A DNA stretch of 64,000 nucleotides from Octopus vulgaris. Taxonomy: Eukaryota. The stretch is taken from NCBI GenBank assembly GCA_951406725.2, contig OX597817.1, forward strand, positions 112,654,001 through 112,718,000. Direction: 5' to 3'. The notes under the pieces were generated by a model that saw only the letters and a list, made by a program, of their open reading frames with translations, had not been told where the DNA came from and searched no databases. Shown here piece by piece: positions 1 to 13,054 of the stretch (the stretch's first letter is position 1; each line of letters begins with the position of its first letter). A program made the position numbers and the translations under genes.

Positions 1-892
1 TTACAAAAATAACATTGTTTCAAGGAATGCATAACCAACCTCTCAATATACAAAGCTACTATGTAAGCTCCTTCCCTTCCTTGCATTCTATATACTTCTT
101 TTACTATTTATTTACCACTATACTCACAATACAGTTTTTCAAAGCAGATGGTAAAATAGAAACAAAGCAATTTGACAGCCAGTTGATAGAGGTAAGCAAC
201 TTGTGCAATACAGGGGAACACATTAAAATAAATAAGATATGTAAAGACAACTGGAAGTTTATTTGTTATTTATTTATTTATTTATTGCTGAAGGTTACTT
301 AAATACTGAAAATATATTTTTGCTACTAAATACATAAAATAGATCCTGCATAAAAACAAAAAGCAAAGTGCATTAGATGAATATATCTATGTAGCTATAC
401 ACACATGACATTGAGATAGGATTATTATATTATGAAGTAGAAGCACTTTGTATAAATGCAATGTCATTACCAGTTCAAATATGCTTGGGGCATGTTTAAA
501 CACAGAGAATGGCTTGTTTATGAGTCCAAATGTGCCACAAGCATATCTGAACTGACAATAACATTAGATTTATTATAATTTTAAGAAAAAAACTAAGCTA
601 GTGGAATGCTAAAAATGGCAAGTCATTAGACTAAATAATTAACAGTTTATTTTTAATTTCTCTATATTTTGAGTTCAAACTGTACCAGGATCAGTTCTGA
701 CTTCTATTCTTCTGCAGTTGATAAAGTAACCACCAAGCATGTTATCATATTGATTCAATCTGATGGGAACCATTCTTTTTATTCAGATTAGTTTAAATTT
801 GTGTGCTTTGTGTAAATAAGAACATTATTATGATATAATTTCAGGAAACTATTTGTATCATGGTTTGATTATAAAACAAGGTTTCATATAAG

Positions 893-1185
893 TGCAAGTA
901 TGGCTATGTGGTTAAGAAACTCACTTTGCAACCTTATGGTTTCAGGTTCAGTCCCACTGAGTAGCAACTTGGGCAAGTGTCTTCTACAACAAGCCCTGGG
1001 ATGACTAATGCCTAATGAATGAATTTATTAGATGGAAACTATGTGGAAGATTAAATATATATATATATATATATAAATGAAACCAACAGAATAAGTACCA
1101 GACTTTAAAAAATAAGTACTCAGGTAAATCTGTTCATCTAAACCCTCAAAGGCAGTGTCCTGAATGAAATAAGTAATAGATAGAA
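893..1185 (+). mobile_element. tRNA-derived SINE (family A), decayed copy
   Basis: A-box-like tggctatgtggttaag and B-box-like ggttcagtccca, then ttgggcaagtgtcttctac; aligns to many copies in the window. Confidence 0.8.
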
Positions 1186-1305
1186 GTTAGAAATCAGCTA
1201 TCTCTTTGAAAGAGCTGGAATAAGTAACTACAATCCTTAAACCTTGTAAAAGTACCTACTGTATTTGCTGTTGCCACTAAAAGCTCGATAATATATCTTT
1301 GTTAA

Positions 1306-1489
1306 CCCTTTCGTTACCAACCCAGCTGAAACTGGCTCTGGCTCTGAGTACAAATGTCTTGTTTAGTCACAATTTATGCTCCTAATACTAGCTGAATGAT
1401 AACCAAGTTATTTTACTAAATTCTTTGTTATATTTAAAGTAATTGAAAGAAACACAGAGCATCTCAAAATAAATACAGTAACGAAAGGG
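1306..1489. mobile_element. piggyBac-type (TTAA) MITE, internally deleted copy
   Basis: TIR ccctttcgttac/gtaacgaaaggg with TTAA on the left; near-identical to 38972-39192. Confidence 0.8.
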
Positions 1490-1576
1490 GTGATCATCCT
1501 TACAAAAGAAATACCATTTTCAGCAGTTGTTTTTGATCTTAGAAGACTTACAAAAGAAATATATTAATGAAATATA

Positions 1577-2245
1577 CGTGGGTGGGCAGAAAAGTTCACA
1601 GGCTGACTATGAAGGTGTGATGCTAGAGCTGTGCAATCTTACAGGCATTAATTTCAATTCTTCTTATTAATAACTGCATTGTTTCTTTCCTCGTATGAAA
1701 ACTGACATCTGACTGTTCAAAGAAGACTTCAAAAATAACAAGTAGCAACTTCTCTTGAAAACGAACAAAATTTGGTGCCATGGTGTTACCAAGTACCTGC
1801 AGAAAAAAAAGGTTTAGTCCCCAAGGACATTCATGCTGACATGGTTGTTACATTAGAGGATGGCACTCCAGCTTTATCAACAGGGCAAAAGTGGACGGCT
1901 GAATTTAGGAGAGGAACAGAGAGTCTTGAAGATGACCCAAGGCCTGATTGTCTTCCAACTGCCACCACTGAGAGAAACATTGATCATGTGCATCACATGC
2001 TGGGGGATGACAGGAGGTTGACTATAAATCAAATAGCCTATAAGTATCATGTGAGAGAATTGAAAATATTCTGCTCACTGGACTTGGCATGATGAAAGTT
2101 TCTGCACAATAGGTGCCACATCTTCTGACACTTGATCAGAAGAAATGTGTGAACTGCAAGGGGTCTATGTTGAAAAGTGAACCTCACTTGGTTACATTCC
2201 ATGAGAGTATCTTGGTCAGCTTATGAACTTTACACTCAGCCTTCA
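1577..2245 (+). mobile_element. Internally deleted mariner element
   Basis: Degenerate TIRs (aaagttcacaggctgac / gtcagcttatgaacttt) with TA flanks; ORF 1772-2092 has the mariner HTH region (KWTAEFRRGTESLEDDPR...DRRLTINQIA). Confidence 0.85.
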
Positions 2246-2346
2246 TAATCTATATAGTAATTATTTTACCATTAAAGTAACACACTAGTAATTTTATTTC
2301 ATGAATCTATGGACTGATGCTTCTTTCTTTTTAAAGCGAACTTTAA

Positions 2347-2569
2347 CCCCTTTGATACTAACTTGGTCAAGACTGCCAACTGGTTCTATCTTTCAAACTT
2401 GCTCTTATAAACACATCTACATTAAAACCTTCAATTGAAATTTTATGTTAATTTAAGTTCCCAATATCAGCTTTATGATGAAAAAGTTATTTTATTAAAT
2501 TCTTTATTACTTTCAAAATTATTTGAAATGATAGTTGTGTATATTATCAGGAATATGGTAACAAAAGAG
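2347..2569. mobile_element. Older piggyBac-type MITE
   Basis: TTAA on both sides, degenerate TIRs, internal similarity to 38972-39192 and 55142-55362. Confidence 0.7.
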
Positions 2570-2904
2570 TTAAAGTAGCCATACTGATAAATGACAAAGA
2601 ATTTTGACTATAACATGAAACTTCAGGAAAAAATTCGTTTAGAAAAATGTCCTTATATTTTAATAGTAGACAGTAGAGAATATTGCAATTTAAAGATCAA
2701 TATCAACATCAATGGCCTACCCATTCTCTGTTCCTAGCAATGACAGCAATCTTTGTATTGATGGTAACATATTGATGTATTAACCCTGTGGATAGACACA
2801 CTTGTCAAAAACTTGAAAATTATAATAGCCTGAGCTTTTTACAGACATTGCAATGCATGTGTTGCAGTAGCAACAGAAGCAGCAGCAGCAGCAGCAGTAG
2901 CAGC

Positions 2905-2938
<34 letters not shown>

Positions 2939-3219
2939 AAATTTAGAATACTTAAGTGGACTTTACAGGAAATCCACTGTATTGATATGAGCAACTGGCA
3001 ATTTGCACACATACTGTGATACTAACAGACTCTACTTCTGAGAGCACCACAGAAGAAGGAAGAATTTTAAGATCAATACAGATACATTTTGAATATCACA
3101 AAGTATTGTTCAAACTGAATTTGAGAAATAATAAGATTAAAATTATATATATATACATGTATATGTATATATGAATATATTTATATTTATAGACTACCAT
3201 ATTAGTATGGCGATAACTA

Positions 3220-3261
<42 letters not shown>

Positions 3262-3834
3262 CATATATGTCTGTGTGTATATGTGTACACACACACACAT
3301 ACCCCCACATAGGCATATGAAAGAAAATTTCATGTATAGATAATGAGAATAAAATATTGTTTGTGATCTACGCTTTAAGATATATCCAAGTCATAATAAC
3401 AATAGTTGACATAACTACAAAACTGCAAGAAAAACTTAAATTGAGATGTTATTACTTAATATTCATACAAGTATTACACATTTTTATGTTCTCAATGAAT
3501 TGTAAAATTGTATCAGCTGTAAAAAGTGAAGTTTCTGTACCAATAATTGCTACTTTATATACAGAAATTATTCTTGATGTTGTTTAATCTCATTGTTTCT
3601 GTTCAGGCTGACCCATGATCAGGAGTATTTCAGTCATTGACCATCTTATATTTTCATATAGCTAAGACTACATTGTTCAGTGTGTCTGTCCCTGCTACCC
3701 ACTTTATTTTTTTTTTCAATGTCACAGTGTAATTTGAGAGAATTGTTTTTCTGAGCACAGTGGTACTTTCATTTCTTTGGTTATGATGTGGTTTGACAAT
3801 CTGGAAGACTAAAAAATTACTAAATATTTTATCA

Positions 3835-4425
3835 GGTGCTGGCATACCTGTGTGTTAAGAAGCTTGCTTCTGAACCACATGGTTCCAGGTTCAGTTCCAC
3901 TGCATGCTACCTTTGACAAGTGTCTTTGACTATAGCTTTGCATTGATTCAATCCTTGAAGTGGATTTGGTAGATGGAAACTGAAAGAAGCCTGTTGTGTA
4001 TACATATATATATATATATGTGTATATAATTTATGTGTGTTTGTCTTTGTATCTGTGTTTGTCCCCCCTATCACTGCTTGATGACTGGTGTTGGTGTATT
4101 TATGTTTCCATGTCTATTATCCAGAAATCTTTTGTCACACATCTGTGACCTCTTCAGTGACACTTTCCGTTTTCTTATGTTTTCTTGCTCCATACTGTTC
4201 TTTATATTCTTTCATTCTTTTATTCTTTTACTTGTTTCAGTCATTTGACTGTGGCCATGCTGGAACACCACCTTTAGTCGAACAAATCGCCCCTAGGACT
4301 TATTCTTTGTAAGCCTAGTACTTATTCTATTGGTCTCTTTTGTCGAACTGCTAAGTGATGGGAATGTAAACACACCAGCATCAGTTGTCAAGCTATGGTG
4401 GGAGGACAAACATAGACACACAAAG

Positions 4426-4458
<33 letters not shown>

Positions 4459-4478
4459 CAAGCACACGCACACACACT

Positions 4479-4517
<39 letters not shown>

Positions 4518-4670
4518 GACAGGCTTCTTTCAGTTTCTGTCTACCAAATCAATTCAGAAGGCTTTGGTTGGCCCAAGGCTATAGTAGAAGACACTTGCCC
4601 AATGTGCCATACAATGGGACTGAACCCAGAACCATGTGGTTGGTAAGCAATCTACTTACCATACAGCCAT
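3835..4670. mobile_element. Two family A SINEs in opposite orientation (+3835-4110, -4215-4670) around a short PLE terminal fragment (4113-4210)
   Basis: SINE heads and tails recognisable; the middle piece matches 61435-61510. Confidence 0.75.
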
Positions 4671-4916
4671 TTTCTGAACGTTGATATGCTCATGTCTTTT
4701 TTTCTCTGGATGTTTACAATATCAAGATTTTAACCCACATGGATCTATGCAGGAGCACACCTAAGCACTTATGCTGTTGTGTCTACAACATCAGAAAGTT
4801 GAACTATGAACTTTATGCATCATTTTTCTTCTTTCCCTTCATCTCCTTATTCTTTTACACCCTTCCTCTATGCCGTCATCTCATTAATATATACCATACT
4901 CATTTTCCTTATTTTT

Positions 4917-4971
4917 CTCAATTTGTCTCTGATGACGGAATATCCCATACAGAAACAGATGTAAGACTGAG
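4917..4971 (+). ncRNA. Minimal type I hammerhead ribozyme motif in a probable PLE 3' end
   Basis: gtct-CTGATGA-(weak stem II)-GAAA-cagatg-TA-agac; stem I extends via ctca/tgag; stem III is one change from palindrome ACAGCTGT. Confidence 0.65.
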
Positions 4972-5216
4972 TTTTTTCCAACAATAATATTATATACGTC
5001 TTGAGATGTTTGCCGTGCCTTAATATTTGTTATCCTCTTTAACAATTACATATCCACTGCATTGGAAATCTGCAATGGTTCCATAACTATTGCCTCAGCT
5101 ATAACCTTGGAGCCTTAGTAATCTGTTACATCACATACCTAGCATACCTAATCGTTTAGATCACCTGTGAACTAAACACCCATACTTTGTATATTATATA
5201 TATATATATTATATAG

Positions 5217-5347
5217 CACAGGAGTGTGGTATGATGCTTGCTTCCCAAACTTGCATGGTATCTTGGGTAAGTGTCATCTACTATAGCCTCAGGCCAACCA
5301 AAGCTTTGTGAGCCGATTTGGTAGGCAGGAACTGAAAGATGCTTGTC

Positions 5348-5383
<36 letters not shown>

Positions 5384-5592
5384 GTGTGTGTCTGTGTTTG
5401 TCCCCACTCCATCACTTAACAACTGATGTTGATGTGTTTACGTTTACGTAACTTCGCTGTTTGGCAAAAGTGACTGACAGGATAAGTACTAGGCTTAGAA
5501 GGAATAAGTCCTGGATTTGATTTGTTTGACTAAAGGGAGTGCTCCAACATGGTCACAGTCAAATGACTGAAACATGTAAATGAGTAAAAGAA
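5217..5592 (+). mobile_element. Family A SINE
   Basis: Same head, internal microsatellite and cagtcaaatgactgaaac tail. Confidence 0.8.
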
Positions 5593-5631
5593 TAATACAT
5601 ATATTATATTTATATACACAATATATAAATA

Positions 5632-6750
5632 TTGTCAGATCAGATTGGAGCCTGGTGCAGCCGTCTGGCTTGCCAGCCCTCAGTCAAACTGTCCAAGCCA
5701 TGCCAGCATGGAAAGCAGTTGTTAAACGACGATGATGATGATGATGATGATTATATATATATATGTAAAAAGCACCTTTTGAGCGCTGGGCTTCACAGAT
5801 GCAAATTGACCAATGCCAGTAGTACATAAAAAGCACTTTTCAAGCATTGGGCCCCACAGAGACAATGACAAATGACTAAGACCTTTGACAATACGTCATG
5901 CTTAAGAAGGCCCATCAAGCTAAGTGAAATCATAGTTGTGGTAGATACTGGTGTCACACAACTGGTACCTCTGCCAGTGGCAGGTAAAAGCACCCATTAC
6001 ACTCTTGGGGTGATTGGCTTTAGGAAGAGCATCCAACCATAGAAACCATGCCAAATCAGACTGGAGTCTGGTGCAGTCCCTTAGGATACCAGCCCTGGTC
6101 AAACCATCCAACCCTTGCCTGCCAACATGGACAATGGACATTAAAAGATGATGATGATATATCTATCAATTTATTTTGCTGTGTACTTTATGTCATTACA
6201 AGCAATACTATCAAGAAAGAGGTGAAAAGAGATATCATACTCCACCCAAAATTAAGAGTACATCTGACTCTAAATGTAGGATAATAGTGAATTAGTTTGC
6301 TTCCATTGTAGTTATATCCTACAGCTTCAAGGGGGAAGTCAAGCAGAAAAATACAAAGGATTGTTGTTGATATAAGATTATGGAAGATTGTCAATAGAGA
6401 AAGTCTACTTGGAAGCAGATGTGGGATGGTGACAGAAGGAACATCTAGCTGTAGAAAATCTGTCTCAACAAGTTCCATCTGATCCAAGCAAGCATGGAAA
6501 TGTGAATCCTAAAATTATGCAGTTGCTAATCACACACACACACACACTCACACATTTATACCATCATCATCATTTAATGACCATTTTTCATGCTGGCATG
6601 GGTTGAACAATTTGACAGAAGCTGGTAAGTCCAGGGGCTGCACCAGATTATGTCTGTTTTGGAATGGTTTCTACAGCTGGATGCCTTTTCTAACACCAAC
6701 AACTTTATAGAGTGTACTAGGTGCTTTTTACATGGCACCACCAGCGCCAG
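5632..6750. mobile_element. Cluster of family B retroposon (SINE-like) copies with (GAT)n 3' tails
   Basis: Shared ggaagggcatccagctgtagaaac...gcatggaaa...(gat)n. Other copies at 12836-13040, 27707-28045, 39690-40130, 44155-44900, 54549-54700 and 57760-57925. Confidence 0.75.
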
Positions 6751-6929
6751 TGCTTCATATATATATATATTTTTTCTCTCCTTGTTTCTTTCTGTGTTCC
6801 TTTCTATGGAAGAGCGTAGGCTTGAAACGTTAAAGACTTTTTCACTTCCCAAGTGTTAAACTAATACATCTGTTTGTTGTCTACATCACCTGTCTTCGTC
6901 TTTTTTTTTTTTGTGAATTCTTCCCCTAC

Positions 6930-6980
<51 letters not shown>

Positions 6981-6987
<7 letters not shown>

Positions 6988-8702
6988 ATTTAGGAATGGT
7001 CATTTTGCCAGTTTAGCCAATAAAAACACACGCACTTTATATTTGGTGTTACTTTGCTTCAGCGTTATTTATTTTTTACATTAATCTTAATCTTATTTCG
7101 GCCAGAGTTCTTTCATCACACTCCTGTGACTGCATCAGTGGTCCTTTGCTTTCTTCTTTCTTATTTGTGTGTCTCTCCTTACTAACCGTCAGCCATTTTG
7201 TATTTCTATTATATGTGTCTTCATTTGCGCATGCGTATATCTCTATGTGCGTCTATGTTTAGTTAGTGTGTGTGTGTGTGGGGGGGGGAATGCCTGTAAT
7301 ATTTGTATCTTCTGTTTATATACGTTCATGTAATTTGTTTTTGTTTTTGTTTATTCTTATTTTGTTCATGTGTTTACACCCACTTATTATTATTAATATT
7401 ATCATTATTATTATTATGTATGCATGTATGTATGTATGTATGTATGTATAACAACAATAATAGTAATAATAATAAAAATATTTTAAAAAATAAATTTTTT
7501 AAAATCAAATTTTAAAAAAATTAAAAATTTTTACAAATTTATATAGTTATTTACTTCCATTTGTTTATTTATCTGTGTATTTTATTCTATTATTTTTTCA
7601 GTTTTGTTTATATTGTAACCAGTTTATGGGGATCCTTTTCTGTCATATGTTGTGGTGTGTGCTAGTGTTCCATTCCAGTTTCCTATTCAGGCTAGGTTTA
7701 TCTTCTATTATGTGTGTAGCTTCCGTAATTTGTCTGATTGTTGCATCTGTTCTATGTGTGGACAAGATTTTAACTTCTATGTTGTTGATTGAGCCTCCAT
7801 GTTCCTGCTCGGCGTGTTGGTACATAACCGATGAGCTCTTTCCTTCCTTAAGTTCTCTCCAATGTCCATTTACCCGCTCTCCTATGTTTCATGCCATTTC
7901 CCCTACATATGTCGTTGTCTTGTTACTGCATCGTCCCTCTATACATCTTATACTATAGACTACATTTCTGGCTTTACAGTTTGTTTGTGGGCTAAATCTA
8001 CACAGCACAGTACCTATCCATACAGGGGGTTCTACTAAAAGGGTAGGTTCTACCGATTATGGATTTGATAGGTTTGCCTGGCTTTTCAACAACCTGGTAG
8101 TCTATGGTTAGGGTGTTTAGTAGGGTAGTCTATTGTGACCTTAATACTCTGGTGGATGGAGTTAGCTATTTGCTGGATGCTCTCCATAGTATTAGTTTCT
8201 ATTTCTATTTCAACAGTACTCTCTTGTAGGGGAAACGGCACGAAGCATAGGAGAGCAAATAAATGGACATTGGAGAGAACTTAAGGAAGGAAAGAGCTCA
8301 TCAGTTATGTACCAACACGCCGAGCAGGAACATGGGGGCTTAATCAACAACATAGAAATTTAAATCTTGTCCATACATAGAATAGATGCAACAAACAGAC
8401 AAATTACAGAAGCTACACACATAATAGAAGATAAACCTAGCCTGAATAGGAAACTGGAATGGAACACTAGCACACACCACAACATATGACAGAAGAGGAT
8501 CCCCATAAACTGGTTACAATATAAACAAAACTGAAAACATAATAAAATAAAATACAGATAAATAAACAAATGGAAGTAAATAACTATATACATTTTTTTA
8601 ATTTTTCATTTTTTAAATTTTAATTTATTTATTTATTTTATTATTACTATTATTGTTGTTATACATACATACATACATGCATACATAATAATAATAATAA
8701 TG

Positions 8703-8760
<58 letters not shown>

Positions 8761-9196
8761 GTGGGTGTAAACACATGAACAAAATAAGAATAAACAAAAA
8801 CAAAAACAAATTACATGAACATATATAAACAGAAGATACAAATATTACAGGCATTCCCCCTCCACACACACACTAACTAAACATAGACACACATAGAGAT
8901 ATACGCATGTGCAAATGAAGATACATACAACAGAAATACAAAATGGCTGACGGTTAGTAAGGAAAGACACACAAATAAGAAAGAAGAAAGCAAAGGACCA
9001 CTGATGCAGCCACAGGAGTGTGATGAAAGAACTCTGGCCAAAATAAGATTAAGATTAATGTAAAAAATAAATAACGCTGAAGCAAAGTAACACCAAATAT
9101 ATAGTGCGTGTGTTTTTATTGGCTAAACTGGCAAAATGACCATTCCTAAATACAACAATATGTTTCAACACACGATCTCACATAAAAAATCTTGCC

Positions 9197-9200
<4 letters not shown>
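6981..9200. mobile_element. Penelope-like (Naiad-like) insertion: 3' fragment on minus plus inverted copy on plus, forming a ~930-bp-arm inverted repeat
   Basis: Arms 6981-7907 and 8225-9158 are reverse complements. GIY-YIG remnant CAVCRFSPQTNCKARNVVYSIRC...YVGE...HAEQEH. Homologous to 61255-63960; (TA)n on both flanks. Confidence 0.9.
8995..9040 (+). ncRNA. Hammerhead-like motif with variant core in PLE terminus (mirror copy at 7100-7145, minus)
   Basis: cca-CTGATGC-a-g(t/c)caca-ggag-tgtgat-GAAA-gaac-TC-tgg; relatives at 4121-4165 and 61435-61480 have canonical CTGANGA. Confidence 0.55.
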
Positions 9201-9237
<37 letters not shown>

Positions 9238-9570
9238 TATAGTTATGTATATGAATTTGTGTGTATGTATATGTGTGTGTGTCAGTGTGTGTGTGTACAT
9301 GCACACATGCAAAGCAATCCTTACATTTTGTGTGCTGTAGCTAGACATCATCTGAACGATATGGTGATGTCATGTTTACAATCCTTGTGAACACAACACC
9401 CTGTAACTTTGCATTTGTGAAATTCTTTACATGAGAAACAAATAAGGTTTAGCAATAAGAAAGCCATTTGGCTGTAGAAAAACTGCCTCAATATATCTTT
9501 GCCCAACCTTCACAAACCTATACCAGCTTTGAAAAGTGTACATCTAATAAATGAACAAAAGTTTACTTAC

Positions 9571-9642
9571 ACCTTACGTAACTTTGGAAGTCCATCAAAA
9601 ACTCCAGCAGGTAAGGTTTTAATGGAATTATTTTGCAAATAT
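9571..9642 (-). CDS. PXDN: Internal 72-nt LRR exon 4 (YLQNNSIKTLPAGVFDGLPKLRKV)
   Basis: ctttttatttctttgcAG|72 nt|GTaagt; phase 2/2; compare PXDN [24 protein letters not shown]. Confidence 0.8.
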
Positions 9643-12071
9643 CTGCAAAGAAATAAAAAGGAAATCATTAGATATTTTCTCAAAGAGAATGAGATAAATA
9701 TGGATTTTTTGAAAGAGGTTTGAAATGAAAGTGATATTTTTTATTGGTCTGAAGAATAGTAGTGTTATGTCCTTTGTGAGTTTTTCTAGACTGGAAGATG
9801 CTCTAATCAGAGACTTGCTCTGATTTCTAGCTACAAAATAGGCTCCATTAAAGACATCTGATGGCCATATGTGTCAAAAAGGGAGCCTCATATGGGTACA
9901 ACCTGTTAGAAATAACAACCAAATTTCCTGAAGTCACATCTTACTGTCTCAAAAAGCAAGGGCATGTTAATAAGGGACCCTCATATGGTCACATGGTCTT
10001 TTAGAAACAGCAACCAAATTTCCTAAAACCACATCTTACAGTTTCAAGAAGGGCATGTTGGACAATACAGAACTAGATTTACAAAAATGTAATGGTCATA
10101 GGTAGAACACTTTTGAACATAGGTTTGCTCAGTCATATTTGTCCTGGAGTAAAACATCTATAAAAACTAATGGCTGTATTGTGGTTTCTTATTTAACTGT
10201 AAAGGATATATAGTTTGTAACCCATTATTGTTACTTTGGTCAGGCTCTGTCAAATACTCTAAACTGTCAATGTCTCAGACTTCTTAGCAGTAACTAGGTT
10301 TCATAGAGAGGGTCAGTTAAATGTAGTAAACAGGAGCACCATGTTTCATTAGTTTCTTTTGACTATGCACAAGACTTTGTGTTTCTAAGAAGAGATGAAA
10401 TGTGATATTGTGATTTTAATAACTTTCTCAAGTAAACTAGTGATGTACTCATTAAAGCAAAGCAAAACGGTTATATTAGGGACTGAAATTGTGCTGAGAT
10501 TTCCATCTTCCAGCAGCTTACTTCTTTCTCTGTGTTATTTGGTGGAGGTTGGCAGCAAGGATTCTCAGCACCCTGGGACAAAAACGTTTTGGTGCCCTCA
10601 CTTTAATTAACAAGCATAATAAGCAAGGGGAGGTTTTGTGTTCTTTTACAACAGCAACCCCACTTCATACCCAATTTTTCATCTCATGGAGGGAGGATGT
10701 TATTGCACTATTGACAACTTTTCTGTTAGCTTGCAATATTAAGATGAAAATTTTCCATCAACCAAGAAAAGTCAAAAGATAAACCATTTTTGTGGGTCCT
10801 GTCTGGAAGACAGACTGAAAGCAGACCTTCATTAACACCTCAATAGTCTAATGTTTAAAAGGACAGTTTACCATGGACAATACAATTCCTCTGTTGTAAG
10901 CAATGGAAGCACAGTGTGCAGTGCTGAAGTAATTTCCTCCAGCTGGAAAAAGCTGTGACAAAAAGTCAATGAAGACAGAGATATAGCAATGTGAGGAACA
11001 AAAGGTTCTGTCACTCCCAGGTGCAGATGTGAAAGGGCATAAAATTTCCTCTAGCTTATGCTTGTTAACCAAGAAGGAAGTGCCAAAATTTTCTTTGAAC
11101 CCATGTGCTGAGAACCCTTGCTACATCACTGAATGAAAGGCTTTCCACGTGGTTGTTCAAACAGCTAGAAATAGTAACCAATTCTGCTGTATATCATACC
11201 CTATTATCTTAGAAATTTAAAAACAGATTGAAAAATATAATACTAGATACAAATGTCTGAAAAAAAATGAGGATATTCACAGCTGGAATATGTTTGACCA
11301 TTAGTCTATTTGGTCAGAACTAATCTTGGACTAAACAAAAAAACAACTTCTAATGAATCATTATCTTTACCTGTCATCCACAAAATTCAATAGAAATTAT
11401 AGCTAAAAACCAGTTCTACAATTCCTGTGATATAAGAAATGGTTTGCTTAGAATGGGTATGGGTAATATTTTTCCCAAAATGGGCCACATGAGACATGGA
11501 CCATCAGACAGGCCACACTACTAAAAGATTCAAGGTAATTTTTCATTGATGTGCCATTCAGAAAGTTCCATGGACCATGGCTTGCCCATTACTTGCTTAG
11601 AACCAAGACATATAGATATTTAATCAACTTTGAACTGTGACCCTGAGACATCATCCTTAATATATGCTGGGTTTTTTTTTTGAATGCTTTAAGAAGAATC
11701 TTTAATGCTATGAATTCACTGCTATATATGTGTACATAGAAACATGTGGCAGCATAGTAAGATATGAAAGTATTAAAACAGTGAAAACTTAGTGTGAAAT
11801 AACTGAGGATTCAGGAAATGTATCACATTTTCTGGCATACCAGTTGACATATCATATGTACTATAAACATTCAAACATCATCACTGTCTTTCCAAGTCCT
11901 GTTGCATTTTATATGGAATTTTTGGTCCTCCAAACTTGTCTTGGTGAATAAGCTGACCTATCTTTTTTGACGGAAAATTTTGATCAGAAAAGATTCAACT
12001 TTTATGCTAGAAAATATGGTATAAAAGATATATATATACATAAAATTGAAATGAAATGTTATATAACTTAC

Positions 12072-12143
12072 AATTGTTCCAGATTTCTGAGTTCATTGAA
12101 AGTACCAGTTTGAATTGTTGTAATTCTATTTTGATATAAGTAC
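12072..12143 (-). CDS. PXDN: Internal 72-nt LRR exon 3 (YLYQNRITTIQTGTFNELRNLEQL)
   Basis: ttttttctgaAG|72 nt|GTaagt; phase 2/2; compare PXDN [24 protein letters not shown]. Confidence 0.8.
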
Positions 12144-12234
12144 CTTCAGAAAAAAAGCAAAAGCAAAAATTAAAAAATCATTTATAAAGGACTGATTTTA
12201 CTACAGTCTGGTCTGCATTGTAATGGTTTCTGTA

Positions 12235-12385
12235 GCCATGTAGTTTGGGGTTCAGTTCAGTCCCACTGCACAACACCTTGGGCAAGTGTCTTTTACTATA
12301 GTCTAAGGCCAGTCAATACTTTGTGAATTTGGTGGATGGAAACTGTGTGGAAGCCCATTGTGTGTGTGTATATATATATATATGC

Positions 12386-12417
<32 letters not shown>

Positions 12418-12645
12418 AGCTTATGTCTGTAGACACACTCACCCACTGCTTGAAAACCACTGTTGGTTTATTTACATTTATGTAACTCATGGTTCAGCAG
12501 AAGTGGCCAATAGAAAAAGTAACTGGCTTAAGAAAAAGAAAAAAAAACGTAAGTACTAGGGCATTTTATTGAACTAAAACCCTTCAAGGAGGCTCCCCCA
12601 CTAAAGGATCATAGTACAATGAATGAAACACATTAAAAATAAAGC
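12235..12645 (+). mobile_element. Family A SINE
   Basis: Aligns by eye to the other copies. Confidence 0.75.
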
Positions 12646-13054
12646 TATATATATATATATATATATATCATTAACATCATTATTTAATGGCCACACACAT
12701 ATATGTAGGTGTGTGTGTGTGTGAGTGTGTTTCATTATACACACATATAATATTTAAAAATTAATAAGAAACTTAGAAACAACAGACAATTGATAACATT
12801 GTTTTTAGTTTAATGCTTGATAAGAATACAATAGAACATCATCATCATCATCATCATCATCACCATTTCTAAGTGTCTGTTCTCCATGCTGGCATGGGTT
12901 GGATTGTTTGATGGGGGCTGGCCAGCTGGGTAGCTGTGTGGGCTCCATTTGTCTGTTTTGGCATGGTTTCTATTGGTGGTTTCTATTAATGCCAACCACT
13001 TTACAGAATATAGTGTGTGCCTTTATGTGGTACTAACCTGGATCTCAACAATGG

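Noticed and set aside
15-302. Plus-strand ORF with a gtaagc donor-like site near 192
   Set aside because: No recognisable motif, weak acceptor, no partner exons.
2721-2785. Possible next minus-strand exon (cag...gtaggc)
   Set aside because: 65 nt, stop codon in the required frame, no LRR pattern.
9499-9723. Plus-strand 74-aa ORF
   Set aside because: Antisense shadow of the real minus-strand LRR exon.
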